64,000 nt of DNA, taken from NCBI GenBank assembly GCA_965222225.1, contig CBDCTK010000002.1:2720001-2784000 (forward strand), read 5' to 3'. The notes below the pieces were generated by a model, which saw only the letters and a program-made list of their open reading frames with translations, did no database searches and was not told where the DNA came from. The translations under genes and the position numbers were made by a program. Source of the stretch: Candidatus Poribacteria bacterium. GTDB lineage: Bacteria > Poribacteria > WGA-4E > JAJDTR01. This document shows, in pieces, positions 21,104 to 30,845 of this stretch. The first letter of the stretch is position 1. Each line of letters opens with the position of its first letter.

Positions 21104-23758
21104 ATGTTGTTGCGGTTAGTTCAAATGGGAATTGGGAATCTGTTTGTCCTGGGCGTCGTCATTCACCTCTTTCGACTCCTACGGACAACCGTTCCTCATC
21201 TGGATATTCCAATCTTCGGTTTCCTGTGGATATTCAGCGCCACCTTGTTCACCTTTCTTCTCGGTATATTCGGGTTTCTCGCGCCGATGCCGATGGCTGT
21301 CGTCAGCCTCATCGGATTGTTACTGATGGGGCTGGACGCCTTCCGGCAGGGCAGACGCTACGTTGCCACCTTCGAATCTCTCCGCGAGAGGTTCAAGCAC
21401 CCACGAGTCACGGTTGTGAGCGGTCTCCTCGCCGCCGCGGCGCTCGTCCAACTCGTGCGCATCGCCTTCTATGTCTGGTATACCCCGCCCTATGTCCACG
21501 ACACGCTGACCTACCATCTACCCAACGTTGCCGAATGGGTGCAAAAGGGACGCATTCACGCCATCTCTACTCCTGTGCTCAGGAGTTATTGGCCCGCGAC
21601 CTTCGAGGTGTTCGAGTCGTGGTTCGTCGTTTTCCTGCACAACGACCTCCTGATTCAACTCGGCTGCGTCTCCTGCTATCTACTCGCCGTCACATCGGTA
21701 TATGCCATTTGTCGTGGACTAAACTTTGGAAAGTATCTCTCGGCAGGAGTTGCTCTGCTTTATGCGTACACCCCATCAGTAGCGATTCACGCGACCTCTT
21801 GCAAAAACGATATGGCGGTTGCAGGGATGTACCTGTTTGCAATGGCAATCCTCGTTGACTTGCTGCGAAAGGGCGACTACCGAAGTTTCCCTCTGTCTTG
21901 TCGTTTTTTGTTCATCGTCATGGCATTCGGCTATGGAATCGGCACCAAGGCGTACGCCGTCTTTATCACGCCCGGCTTAATCCTCCTCGGCATCGTCGCT
22001 CTGGCGAAACATCGGTTGTTCAAAACGGCAATCCTCAGTCTACATCCCAAGAATTTCCTGTCAACCAGCCGACTTGCCCTTTATACGAGTCTCACGCTTT
22101 GCAGCGGAGTTCTGGCGTTGTACTGGTACGTGCGCAACTATGTAATCTTCGATAACCCGTTCTATCCCGCAGATTTTAAGCTATTCGGACACCTGATTTT
22201 CGGAACGGGCGCCACGCCCGACCCCGGCACCTCCGCACAACCCTCATTCAGTTTTCACTCCATGTGGCAAAACGCCCAAAACCTCGTAACGTTCAAGATA
22301 CTCGATCGATTCCGCATCTACACCGATCTGAACCGCATCACCGGCTGGGGCTGGTTCAATTTTGCCTGCGGGGTTTCGGCGGTAATCTACGGTCTGCTAT
22401 TCGATAGACGGGTACGACTCATCATTCTCTGTTTTGTCATATCGTTGTTGTCGCTGTTGGGTTGGGTGTTCGTTGATGACTGGCACGGTCGATTCCTCCA
22501 TTTCTTCCCCCCGGTTTTTGCCATCGCTTTCGGGGCGCTGTTGATATGTCTGCGAATCAGATGGGCTACGGCGCCTCTGGTAGCGCTCGCCGTTATCTGC
22601 AGCCTGTCCAATTATCTGGCGGTGCTCAACGTTGGCGTATTTTCCAAAGACGACCTGCAACGTCTCATGGCGCTCCCGCCTCTTCAACGCTCGTTGGTTA
22701 ACGCAAATCTCAATTACGGGTGGGTAACGGGCCGCGCATATCGGGAGGTGTTGAAACATGTCCCCGAGGACGAAATCCTCGGATACAGCTTGGGAAAAAA
22801 CGATGTCATTTACCCGCTTTACGGCAGCAATCTGTCGCGTCGGTTGCACTATCTTCCCGATCCTCCCGCTAGCCTGGCTGACTCTATGAACTCACTCGGC
22901 ATCCGCTACCTCTATTTCCCCAGAGCGGCGAAACGATTTATTGGGGGTTGGATATATCCGCACGGCGCGCATCAGATTGGCGTTCGTAACGGGCAAATGG
23001 CAACCTGGATCAACCTGCAATCGCGCAATCACGAATACAACGCGGGAGAGGTTCAACCCGGCAAATGGACGCATATTGCGTTCACATACAGCGGAGAGGA
23101 GGCAATCTCCTATGTGAACGGTGAGACCGTTGTCACACTCGACTATCAAGGGGAGATCGGGTTTAATCGAACCCCTCACTTCGTGATTGGAGAGCGGTCA
23201 AATGTAATAACGGGCGAGCCCTTCGGGGGCATGGTTGACGAAGTTGCGCTGTTTCATCGGGTATTGACACAGGCGGAGATTCGCGAGGTCATGAACCGGG
23301 GAATCTCACTGACAGAACATCCCGAGAACCAATCAGTTACCACCTCGGATGGCTTGGTAGCCTACTACCGATTTAACGGAGATACCAAAGATCTGTCCGG
23401 GAATGGCCACGACGGGTTACTGATTGGGCGCGCCAAACTTGCCCCGGATAGCGGTGCTCCGGTTCCCGGTGCAAAGGGATGTGTCCGATTTCCGGGGGTT
23501 AGTGGAAACAGCGTGGATTGCGGGGAATCGCCGGAGTTTCGAATCGCCTCCAACCTCACGCTGATGGCGTGGGTCAATCCGGACAGCGTTGATGGCACCC
23601 ATTTCGTGGCGGGAACACCTTACAACGGTGGCGAATGGTGGAGGCACTCGAGAATCGCAAAGGTGATTCGAGAAGATAAACTTATTCAGATAACGAGGCA
23701 TCTCTATGCACTCAAAACGGCTGGCGTTAATCGTCGGACTGGGGATTCTGGCGATTAA
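21104..23758 (+). CDS. Polytopic GT-C-like membrane protein with inserted LamG domain
   Basis: Many TM segments, DTLTYHLP, KND, WYVRNY...NPFYP; LamG motifs WTHIAFTY, DEVALFHRVL, LVAYYRFNG, LTLMAWV. Confidence 0.8.
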   Translation: MLLRLVQMGIGNLFVLGVVIHLFRLLRTTVPHLDIPIFGFLWIFSATLFTFLLGIFGFLAPMPMAVVSLIGLLLMGLDAFRQGRRYVATFESLRERFKHPRVTVVSGLLAAAALVQLVRIAFYVWYTPPYVHDTLTYHLPNVAEWVQKGRIHAISTPVLRSYWPATFEVFESWFVVFLHNDLLIQLGCVSCYLLAVTSVYAICRGLNFGKYLSAGVALLYAYTPSVAIHATSCKNDMAVAGMYLFAMAILVDLLRKGDYRSFPLSCRFLFIVMAFGYGIGTKAYAVFITPGLILLGIVALAKHRLFKTAILSLHPKNFLSTSRLALYTSLTLCSGVLALYWYVRNYVIFDNPFYPADFKLFGHLIFGTGATPDPGTSAQPSFSFHSMWQNAQNLVTFKILDRFRIYTDLNRITGWGWFNFACGVSAVIYGLLFDRRVRLIILCFVISLLSLLGWVFVDDWHGRFLHFFPPVFAIAFGALLICLRIRWATAPLVALAVICSLSNYLAVLNVGVFSKDDLQRLMALPPLQRSLVNANLNYGWVTGRAYREVLKHVPEDEILGYSLGKNDVIYPLYGSNLSRRLHYLPDPPASLADSMNSLGIRYLYFPRAAKRFIGGWIYPHGAHQIGVRNGQMATWINLQSRNHEYNAGEVQPGKWTHIAFTYSGEEAISYVNGETVVTLDYQGEIGFNRTPHFVIGERSNVITGEPFGGMVDEVALFHRVLTQAEIREVMNRGISLTEHPENQSVTTSDGLVAYYRFNGDTKDLSGNGHDGLLIGRAKLAPDSGAPVPGAKGCVRFPGVSGNSVDCGESPEFRIASNLTLMAWVNPDSVDGTHFVAGTPYNGGEWWRHSRIAKVIREDKLIQITRHLYALKTAGVNRRTGDSGD

Positions 23759-24294
23759 TCTGTATCTGCTCTCGGTCTACATCTCCACGCAGGCGAAGTT
23801 GACATTCGAATTCATCCTGACCTTAATCAATCCTTAGTCCGGAAGGCTCGCATCGCACCTCAGGCCTATAGGGTGGACAATCGTTGACTCTATACTTTGT
23901 ATTGGGATTTGGATGGTGGACTGTAGGAGCGATCAAACTAGTGGATAACGAGTGATCAACCGACTGAATAAGGAGGGCGATAGAGCTCCCATAGAGATCC
24001 CTCTCCCAATCGCGACATTTGTTCAACCGTTTGGCGTTACCTGTATTATGTCTACTCTCAATCACACCTTTCGAAGTTATGAAGGATGCGCACTTGGATG
24101 GTGGGCGCTGCCCACCATCCAAAGGCTCTGTATTCGTGATCGTTCGTGTCCCGTCCCATCTTCCATCCTTCCGCCTTTTCCCAGCATCCCCGACCCTAAG
24201 AGATTTTACTTGGATCAGTGCGAAAGAAGTGGTAAAATGGATCTAGATTACGTAAGCTATACCAAACGCCGGAATCAAACAATCGAGGACACCC

Positions 24295-25488
24295 ATGAAA
24301 GTGGACCGAGAAAAATTTATCAATGATGGTTTCCTTATCATACGGAACTGCATTCCTCCGGAACAGCTAGACCAGCTCCGTGATAGTTTTGAAGTATTGG
24401 TTGAGCGTCAAAAAGCCAACTGGGCTCGTGACCGAGCGCCCGATGATCCGCCGGGCGGCGCATGGGAGACCAGCGGGCAGCCGCGATTATCGGGTTATGA
24501 AAAACTCATCGACTCCACGACTGCCGACACCGTCGAGATCTGCCTGCATGAGAACACCATGGGTGTGTGTAAACAACTGATGCGTGCTGCCGAGGCGGGA
24601 GCACAGAATAAGATGTTTATGTGCAGTCCTGTGCGCGATCATGGACCTGCGAGTTGGCATCGAGATATTCACCCGGTAGACCAAGCGCCGCTGCGGGGAT
24701 TGCAAATGGACCTTCTGGAAAATGCGCCCGGTTATCTCCAGTGGAACATTCCGCTCTACGAGGATAACGTGTTGTGGACGGTGCCCGGCAGCCATCGCAG
24801 AGGCAACACCGAAGCCGAGAACAAACAACTGAGTGAGAATTCACGGGCGCCGCTGCCCAATAGCATTCCGGTGGAGATGAAAGCGGGCGATGGCGTCGTT
24901 TACACTAACACCATCTTTCATTGGGGCAGCAACTACAGCACCAAACTGCGGCGGACAATTCACTTGGGCTACCGCTCTTTCGGCGGTCCAATTTTTCCTT
25001 ATGTATGCCACTTTCACCGCGATCTGGATTTTACCCGACACCTTTCTCCGGATGCCCGAGCCGTATTTGAACGCCACGCCCAATTATACCGCGAAGAATG
25101 CGACGTGATTGAATCCACCTTCCGTGCAATCATCGACAAGAATGCGTATGCCTTCCGCGAAGGTCTTGCAGTAATCCATCCCGGCGAGCCCGGACGGATA
25201 GTGTGCCTTATACTTCTGTCCAAAGTGGCATACAAAATGCGGTTTGCATCGCATCCTGCAAGAGCGGCTTTCGGCGGCGACATCTCGCAAGATATAGATC
25301 TCGCACCACGCTTTTCACCGGCTGAACGTGATATACTCTGGGGACGATTTGCAACACTGGATGAAACGATTCAATCGCACAAAGAGGAATATATCCCGGG
25401 CTTTCAATCCGGACCGATGCGCTACTTATTCGAAGAGATGCCGACGAATTTCGACGTGGAAGACTTCATTGCAAGTTGGGAGACGTAA
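24295..25488 (+). CDS. Phytanoyl-CoA dioxygenase (PhyH) family protein
   Basis: WHRD, VPGSH, HWG...RRTIH. Confidence 0.88.
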   Translation: MKVDREKFINDGFLIIRNCIPPEQLDQLRDSFEVLVERQKANWARDRAPDDPPGGAWETSGQPRLSGYEKLIDSTTADTVEICLHENTMGVCKQLMRAAEAGAQNKMFMCSPVRDHGPASWHRDIHPVDQAPLRGLQMDLLENAPGYLQWNIPLYEDNVLWTVPGSHRRGNTEAENKQLSENSRAPLPNSIPVEMKAGDGVVYTNTIFHWGSNYSTKLRRTIHLGYRSFGGPIFPYVCHFHRDLDFTRHLSPDARAVFERHAQLYREECDVIESTFRAIIDKNAYAFREGLAVIHPGEPGRIVCLILLSKVAYKMRFASHPARAAFGGDISQDIDLAPRFSPAERDILWGRFATLDETIQSHKEEYIPGFQSGPMRYLFEEMPTNFDVEDFIASWET

Positions 25489-25544
25489 TCGGGAGTTGCT
25501 TGACGTTTGTACGGAAGAACTCGGAGGTTTGCAGGAGGGGTACC

Positions 25545-26252
25545 ATGAATCTTGACGATGCCAAACTTCGACTGGATGAGGAAGGGCACTACATACTGGA
25601 AGATTTGCTCGATCCGCATGAAGCGGAACGATTGGATTCGGCAGCACGGTGCTTGATGGAACCTAGAGCCGAACCGAATCAAGGATATTTGAGCATGGAG
25701 GACTCCCTCAATACCATTCCCGGTCTGGCGCCGCTCTGCACCCACCCGGCAATCCTTGAGCTGGCTGAATCGGTGCTTGGAGAAAAGTTCATTCTGGCGA
25801 ACACGGTCGCCATGAAGTGGTGCCGACCCGGCGCCGGCGCTCGCGGATTGCATGCGGATTGGCCACTCAACGCGGGTATTCCCCAACCTTGGCCCGTGCT
25901 GTCAACAGGATTTCAGGCGTTCTGGATGCTCACGGATTTCACGCCGGATAACGGCGCAACCACCATCGTCCCTTTCAGCCACCATAGCAGGCGCCCTCCG
26001 ACGCAATCAGAATATCCGCACGAAATGTCCCTCATCGGGAAGAAGGGGTCCGTGGCTGTGTTTGTCAATGGCACCTGGCATCGCAGCGGCGCGAATACGA
26101 CGACAGATCAGCACCGGATGGCAGCCAACATGTTCTACATCCCCGGTTTCCTGAATCGACCGAGAATCGGTTGGCCCCTCGTGAAACGCGAGATTTATGA
26201 CCAGTTTTCGCCTCGCCTGCAAGAGTTGCTTGAGCGGTCTGTCGAATGGTGA
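25545..26252 (+). CDS. PhyH-family dioxygenase
   Basis: LHAD, LTDFTPDNGAT, WHRSGANTT; GGAGG RBS. Confidence 0.88.
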   Translation: MNLDDAKLRLDEEGHYILEDLLDPHEAERLDSAARCLMEPRAEPNQGYLSMEDSLNTIPGLAPLCTHPAILELAESVLGEKFILANTVAMKWCRPGAGARGLHADWPLNAGIPQPWPVLSTGFQAFWMLTDFTPDNGATTIVPFSHHSRRPPTQSEYPHEMSLIGKKGSVAVFVNGTWHRSGANTTTDQHRMAANMFYIPGFLNRPRIGWPLVKREIYDQFSPRLQELLERSVEW

Positions 26253-26444
26253 TTCTTACGAATCCGCAACCTTCTCCTACGGCGGTAGGAGCGATCAAAC
26301 GCGTGGACAACGATCAAGGAAACGATTAGCTGAGATCAAGCGAGTGGATAGCGAGCAGGATTTACTATAGGAGTTCTATCGCACTCATTATTCATTCGCT
26401 TGATCCCTCCTACAGCGGTAGTAGAGCCGATCTGCTTAAATACT

Positions 26445-27161
26445 ATGGACTTAAAGGAAGTCAAATTACGACTGGACGAACAGGGTTACGCTATACTGGA
26501 AGGCCTTCTTGACCCGCGCGAAGCCGAGCGCCTTGATGCGATGGCGCGTCCCATCATGGAGGTTCCACGGGACAATATCTGGGGCGCAAACGGCTATGTC
26601 AGCATGGAAGGGTCGTTAAACTTTATCCCCGATTTGGCGCCGCTGTGCATGCACCCAACGATTCTGGAACTCCTCGACATGGTTCTTGGAGAGAATTACT
26701 TTTTGGCAAACAACGTCGCCTTGAAGTGGTGCAAGCCGGGCACACACGTCGGAGGCCTACATTCTGCCGGAGGTTCAAAGCCCGCCCAAACCTTTACCGG
26801 TTACCCCACGGATCTGCAGGTCTTCTGGATGCTCACCGACTTCACGTATGAAAATGGCGCCACAATGATTGTGCCGTTCAGCCATCATACACGCCGCTCC
26901 CCGACTCGCGCGGCGTACCCGCAGGAGATTCCCGTCCTCGGTAAAAAGGGCTCCGTGTGCGTTTTCTACGACAGCCTCTGGCATCGCAGCGGCGCGAATA
27001 CAACCACCGACCAGCATCGCATGTCGGCAAATGTATTCTATCTCCCTTGGTTCATCCACCGATCCGATGGGCAGTGGCCGCGGGTGAAGCGTGAACTATA
27101 TGCCCAATTTCCTCCACGCTTACAGGAGTTGCTCGTGTGCTCCGTCGAAGATCCAACATAA
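26445..27161 (+). CDS. PhyH-family dioxygenase (paralog of the upstream gene, HxD altered)
   Basis: LTDFTYENGAT, WHRSGANTT; LHSA replaces LHAD. Confidence 0.85.
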   Translation: MDLKEVKLRLDEQGYAILEGLLDPREAERLDAMARPIMEVPRDNIWGANGYVSMEGSLNFIPDLAPLCMHPTILELLDMVLGENYFLANNVALKWCKPGTHVGGLHSAGGSKPAQTFTGYPTDLQVFWMLTDFTYENGATMIVPFSHHTRRSPTRAAYPQEIPVLGKKGSVCVFYDSLWHRSGANTTTDQHRMSANVFYLPWFIHRSDGQWPRVKRELYAQFPPRLQELLVCSVEDPT

Positions 27162-27412
27162 CGGTTTGTAGTGGCATAATTTACCGTGCGTCTTCCGTAG
27201 GAGCGAGTTTTACTCGCGACAGGGAGAGAATCACTTTCGCACGCGCTTTTCACTTGCTTAATCTATTCCCGTGCTTGATTGTTATTCCCTACTAGAGCCC
27301 TGCAATATGAAATCATTGCAGAAAATTATTACTTCCGATTCTTGCGCAAGTACTGTTTAGCTTAGCAATCGACAGGTATTTCCAAGCTACGTCGTTACCA
27401 CAAGGAGACAAA

Positions 27413-29710
27413 ATGATGTCTACCCGAGAGATTCTGGAACGGAACGACTTAGTCTACAAAACCCTTCCACCCCGATGGGTGTTCGGATTGCCCATCGGCA
27501 ACGGTCAGGTCGGCGGCATGATTTGGGTGGAAGATGACACCAAGGTTGTCGTCACGCTTGACAGCGTCTGGGCGTGGGATCTCCGCCAAACGCCCAAGGA
27601 TATCACCTACGCCCATTTTCGGGAACTCATGGCGGCGGAAAAATACGAGGAAATCGGTGCACACCTTAACACCGGCGAACCCCTGCCAAGAAAGACATAC
27701 GTGGGCAGGCTCGTCATTGATGTGGGGCGGAAAATTTCGGGGGAGGGACGGTTGCGCCTGAATAATGCCGAGGTTGAGCTTGATCTTCGCACCGGTGATG
27801 GCGACGCGATCCATCTGAAGTTCGTTGCCTATGCAAATCTTCCCGCCATCGCCGTAGATCACCCTCAAACCAGCATCAAAGAGATTCGGCTCGAACGACT
27901 TTCGACAGAACGCGTCGGCTTGCACGGCGCGCCCGAATACATACAGGGCACTTCGGCGTCAATTGAGTGGATTCGCCAAGACATTCCCGACAGCCCCTCC
28001 ATTGTGCTCGGGCTGCGCCGTGGAGAGGCACAATCCTTTGCGACAGTCCAAGCCACGCGAAACGGGTACGGCCCGCTTGAAGAAGCCGTCAGCGTACTTG
28101 AGAGGGCGTCGGCAACCCCCGACGAGCACCTCGAAGAGCATCGCGCTTGGTGGGGAGGCTTTTGGAAGAAATCGAGCGTTCAAGTACCGGACGAAAAGAT
28201 TGAATCGCTCTGGTATATGGGGTTGTACATGCTTGCGGGCGCAAGCCGCAAAGGCGGGTGCGCAGCTAGCCTGCACGGGGTCTGGTCGCCTGACAATTGC
28301 ATCCCGCCCGCGCACGGTTTCTACATCTGGGACTTCTACTCGCAACATTGGGGACTTTACACGGCAAACCATCTGGAACTTGGCGAGCCCTTCTGTGACC
28401 ATTTTCTCTCGATTCTGCCGCGCCTCAAGGAGCAGACCCGGCAGTTCTACGAGTGGGATGGTGTCTTTGTCCCCGGCGTCATGAGCGTTGACGGATCGTG
28501 GATTCGCGTCGGGCACAACGAGTTGCTGCTCTGGCCCGGCACCACGGCGTGGGTCGCTCAAGCCTTCTGGTGGCAGTATCTCTATAGCAACGACACCGAA
28601 TTCCTCCGGGAGAAGGGGTATCCGTTCATGCGCGAGTGCATGCTGTTTTACGAACAATTACTCGAAAAGGGGGACGACGGAAAATACCATCTGAACGTTG
28701 CCTACGCGCCCGAGTTTAAGAGTTGGACACGGGACGACACACTAAGTTTATCGCTTATTCGTTATCTCTTTGACGGAATGTTGAAAGCTGTCGAGGTTCT
28801 TCAAATTGACGAGCCTCACGCCGAGACTTGGAGAGAAATACTTGAGGACCTCCAAGAATATCATGTTGATGATTCGGGGCTGTGCTTTGCGGAAGGATTA
28901 CCATACTCGGAGTCTCACCGCCACATGTCGCACCTCGCCGCTGTCTATCCCTGTGATGACCTGAATATTGACGGTTCGTCGGAAGAACGCCAACTTATCG
29001 ATCGGACAATCAACAACGTTATTCTGAAGGGGTACGGCACCTTCGTCGGCTGGGCATTTGTCTGGCTCTCGGCAATCGCCGCCAGAGCCGGGCGCGGCAG
29101 AATGGCGTGGTGGACGCTCAAGCAGTGTGCGGATGCGTTCGTCTGCGGCAACACATACAACCTGAACTTGGATTGGGAGCGGAACGGAATCTCCACCCAG
29201 CCCGACACCCTCTGCGTGGACGGCAACATGGGAGCGGTCGACTCCCTCAACCAGATGCTGCTGCAGAGTTGGGGCGGGCGTATCCGCGTGTTCCCGGCGT
29301 GTCCCAACCATTGGCGCGAGATTCGGTTCGATAACCTGCGGAGCGAGGGAGGGGTCGAGGTCTCCGCGGTGCGTGCGGATGGACGCACATTGGGTGTTCG
29401 GTTGCAATCCGCGTCGGCGACGAGCGTCCGACTGGTCAATCCATTCGGCGAATCGGGCGGTTACCTCGGCGGGAATCAGATCCAGCCCACGACCAATGGA
29501 GATTTGGAAGTCGATCTCAGCGCCGGGGATGCGGTCTGGTTAACAGCGGCTCCCGAGATTCAGCCCGCTGACTTGGAGAATTTTGCTGTTGAACGCCCCG
29601 AAGTCCTGCGCAATCCGTACGGTCTCAAATTTGTCGACCCGGATTGGTTAATCGACAGCCCGGACATTGCAAAAGTCCATCCGCACTTCCGTGGTTCCTT
29701 CATAGAATAG
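27413..29710 (+). CDS. GH95-like glycoside hydrolase (alpha-L-fucosidase-like)
   Basis: LPIGNGQVG, HRHMSHL, VDGNMGA...MLLQS, LRSEGG. Confidence 0.85.
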   Translation: MMSTREILERNDLVYKTLPPRWVFGLPIGNGQVGGMIWVEDDTKVVVTLDSVWAWDLRQTPKDITYAHFRELMAAEKYEEIGAHLNTGEPLPRKTYVGRLVIDVGRKISGEGRLRLNNAEVELDLRTGDGDAIHLKFVAYANLPAIAVDHPQTSIKEIRLERLSTERVGLHGAPEYIQGTSASIEWIRQDIPDSPSIVLGLRRGEAQSFATVQATRNGYGPLEEAVSVLERASATPDEHLEEHRAWWGGFWKKSSVQVPDEKIESLWYMGLYMLAGASRKGGCAASLHGVWSPDNCIPPAHGFYIWDFYSQHWGLYTANHLELGEPFCDHFLSILPRLKEQTRQFYEWDGVFVPGVMSVDGSWIRVGHNELLLWPGTTAWVAQAFWWQYLYSNDTEFLREKGYPFMRECMLFYEQLLEKGDDGKYHLNVAYAPEFKSWTRDDTLSLSLIRYLFDGMLKAVEVLQIDEPHAETWREILEDLQEYHVDDSGLCFAEGLPYSESHRHMSHLAAVYPCDDLNIDGSSEERQLIDRTINNVILKGYGTFVGWAFVWLSAIAARAGRGRMAWWTLKQCADAFVCGNTYNLNLDWERNGISTQPDTLCVDGNMGAVDSLNQMLLQSWGGRIRVFPACPNHWREIRFDNLRSEGGVEVSAVRADGRTLGVRLQSASATSVRLVNPFGESGGYLGGNQIQPTTNGDLEVDLSAGDAVWLTAAPEIQPADLENFAVERPEVLRNPYGLKFVDPDWLIDSPDIAKVHPHFRGSFIE

Positions 29711-29715
29711 GGGAA

Positions 29716-29751
29716 GCGAAACCGAGTTTTTTTTCGCAAAACTCGGTTTCT
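29716..29751. repeat. GAAACCGAGTTTT...AACTCGGTTTC palindrome (second copy at 43591-43622); likely terminator or REP-like
   Basis: Near-identical inverted repeat just downstream of two genes. Confidence 0.65.
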
Positions 29752-29887
29752 ACAAAGGCCTAGCCCGTAGGAACGATTCGCAATCTCCGAATCTCCGCTT
29801 TCCTTCTTCTCTTATCTTCTATGTGAATACAACGACCAACGTTCAAACGGGCACTAACAACCCATGAACTCAACAGGAGGCTGTATC

Positions 29888-30814
29888 ATGAAGATTTTAG
29901 GACTAGTTTTGGCTCTTGCGCTATGCTGCAATCTTGTGATAGCGCAAGAGGACATCTACACGATTCAGAAAGGTGATACGCTTGAGAAAATAGCCGAAGA
30001 TAAGTTAGAGGATGCCTCTCTATGGATGCAGCTCGCAAAATACAACAGCATCTCAAATCCTAATCTGATTAAAGCAGGGCAAGAGATAGTCATCCCTGCT
30101 AAAGCGCAATTACTCGTAAAACTCAAGCAAAGGGAGAGTCTTGAAGCGAGAGTCGAATCACTTGAATGGATGTTTTCTCAACTGCAAGCTAGCCGCCGCG
30201 AAACGCTGTTTGAAGACAACTTTGAGGACGAGACGAAAATGGAGGAACAGAAAGAATGGATCTTCCCTTCCGGCGGAAAATGGGGTATCTCTAACTTGGG
30301 CAGCCGCGTATTGGAACAGTCGGATAGACAGGCGTACAACAGCGCCGCATTGGTTGGGGAAAAAGGCTGGTTGAGCTACATCGTTCAAGCGGAACTCCGG
30401 ATAGAGCATTCCGGTGATGCCGGCGTGTTTGCTTATTGGAACTCCTCTCTCAAGAACTACAGGCTGCGAACAACCCATGTCCACAGAAGGCTTCAGATTG
30501 CCAAACGCGTTCCGAAGGGGCAAGAACGGCATGATGCCCTCTCGTTGAACGAGACATCCTTTCACCTCGAAGATGGTCGATGGTATGTTTTTAAATTCGA
30601 GGTAACAACCCACGACACTTACACCTATCTGAGGGGAAAGGTATGGAGGAAAGGAGAAACCGAGCCGGGAACGTGGTTGTTGGAAGCTTCCGACCACTCT
30701 CCCGAGCGCTACGAGAATGGTCAAGCCGGCGTCTGGACGATAAAAAGCGGATCCTCCTACCGAGGCGCCAAATTCGATAACTTCAAAGTATTCAGGAATA
30801 CTGGAGTTTATTGA
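29888..30814 (+). CDS. Secreted LysM plus ConA-like beta-sandwich protein
   Basis: Signal peptide; YTIQKGDTLEKIA...NPNLIKAGQEIVIP; LFEDNFED...AKFDNFKV. Confidence 0.85.
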   Translation: MKILGLVLALALCCNLVIAQEDIYTIQKGDTLEKIAEDKLEDASLWMQLAKYNSISNPNLIKAGQEIVIPAKAQLLVKLKQRESLEARVESLEWMFSQLQASRRETLFEDNFEDETKMEEQKEWIFPSGGKWGISNLGSRVLEQSDRQAYNSAALVGEKGWLSYIVQAELRIEHSGDAGVFAYWNSSLKNYRLRTTHVHRRLQIAKRVPKGQERHDALSLNETSFHLEDGRWYVFKFEVTTHDTYTYLRGKVWRKGETEPGTWLLEASDHSPERYENGQAGVWTIKSGSSYRGAKFDNFKVFRNTGVY

Positions 30815-30845
30815 CCCGCCTTGAACGCCGCCAAGGATTTAGGAT

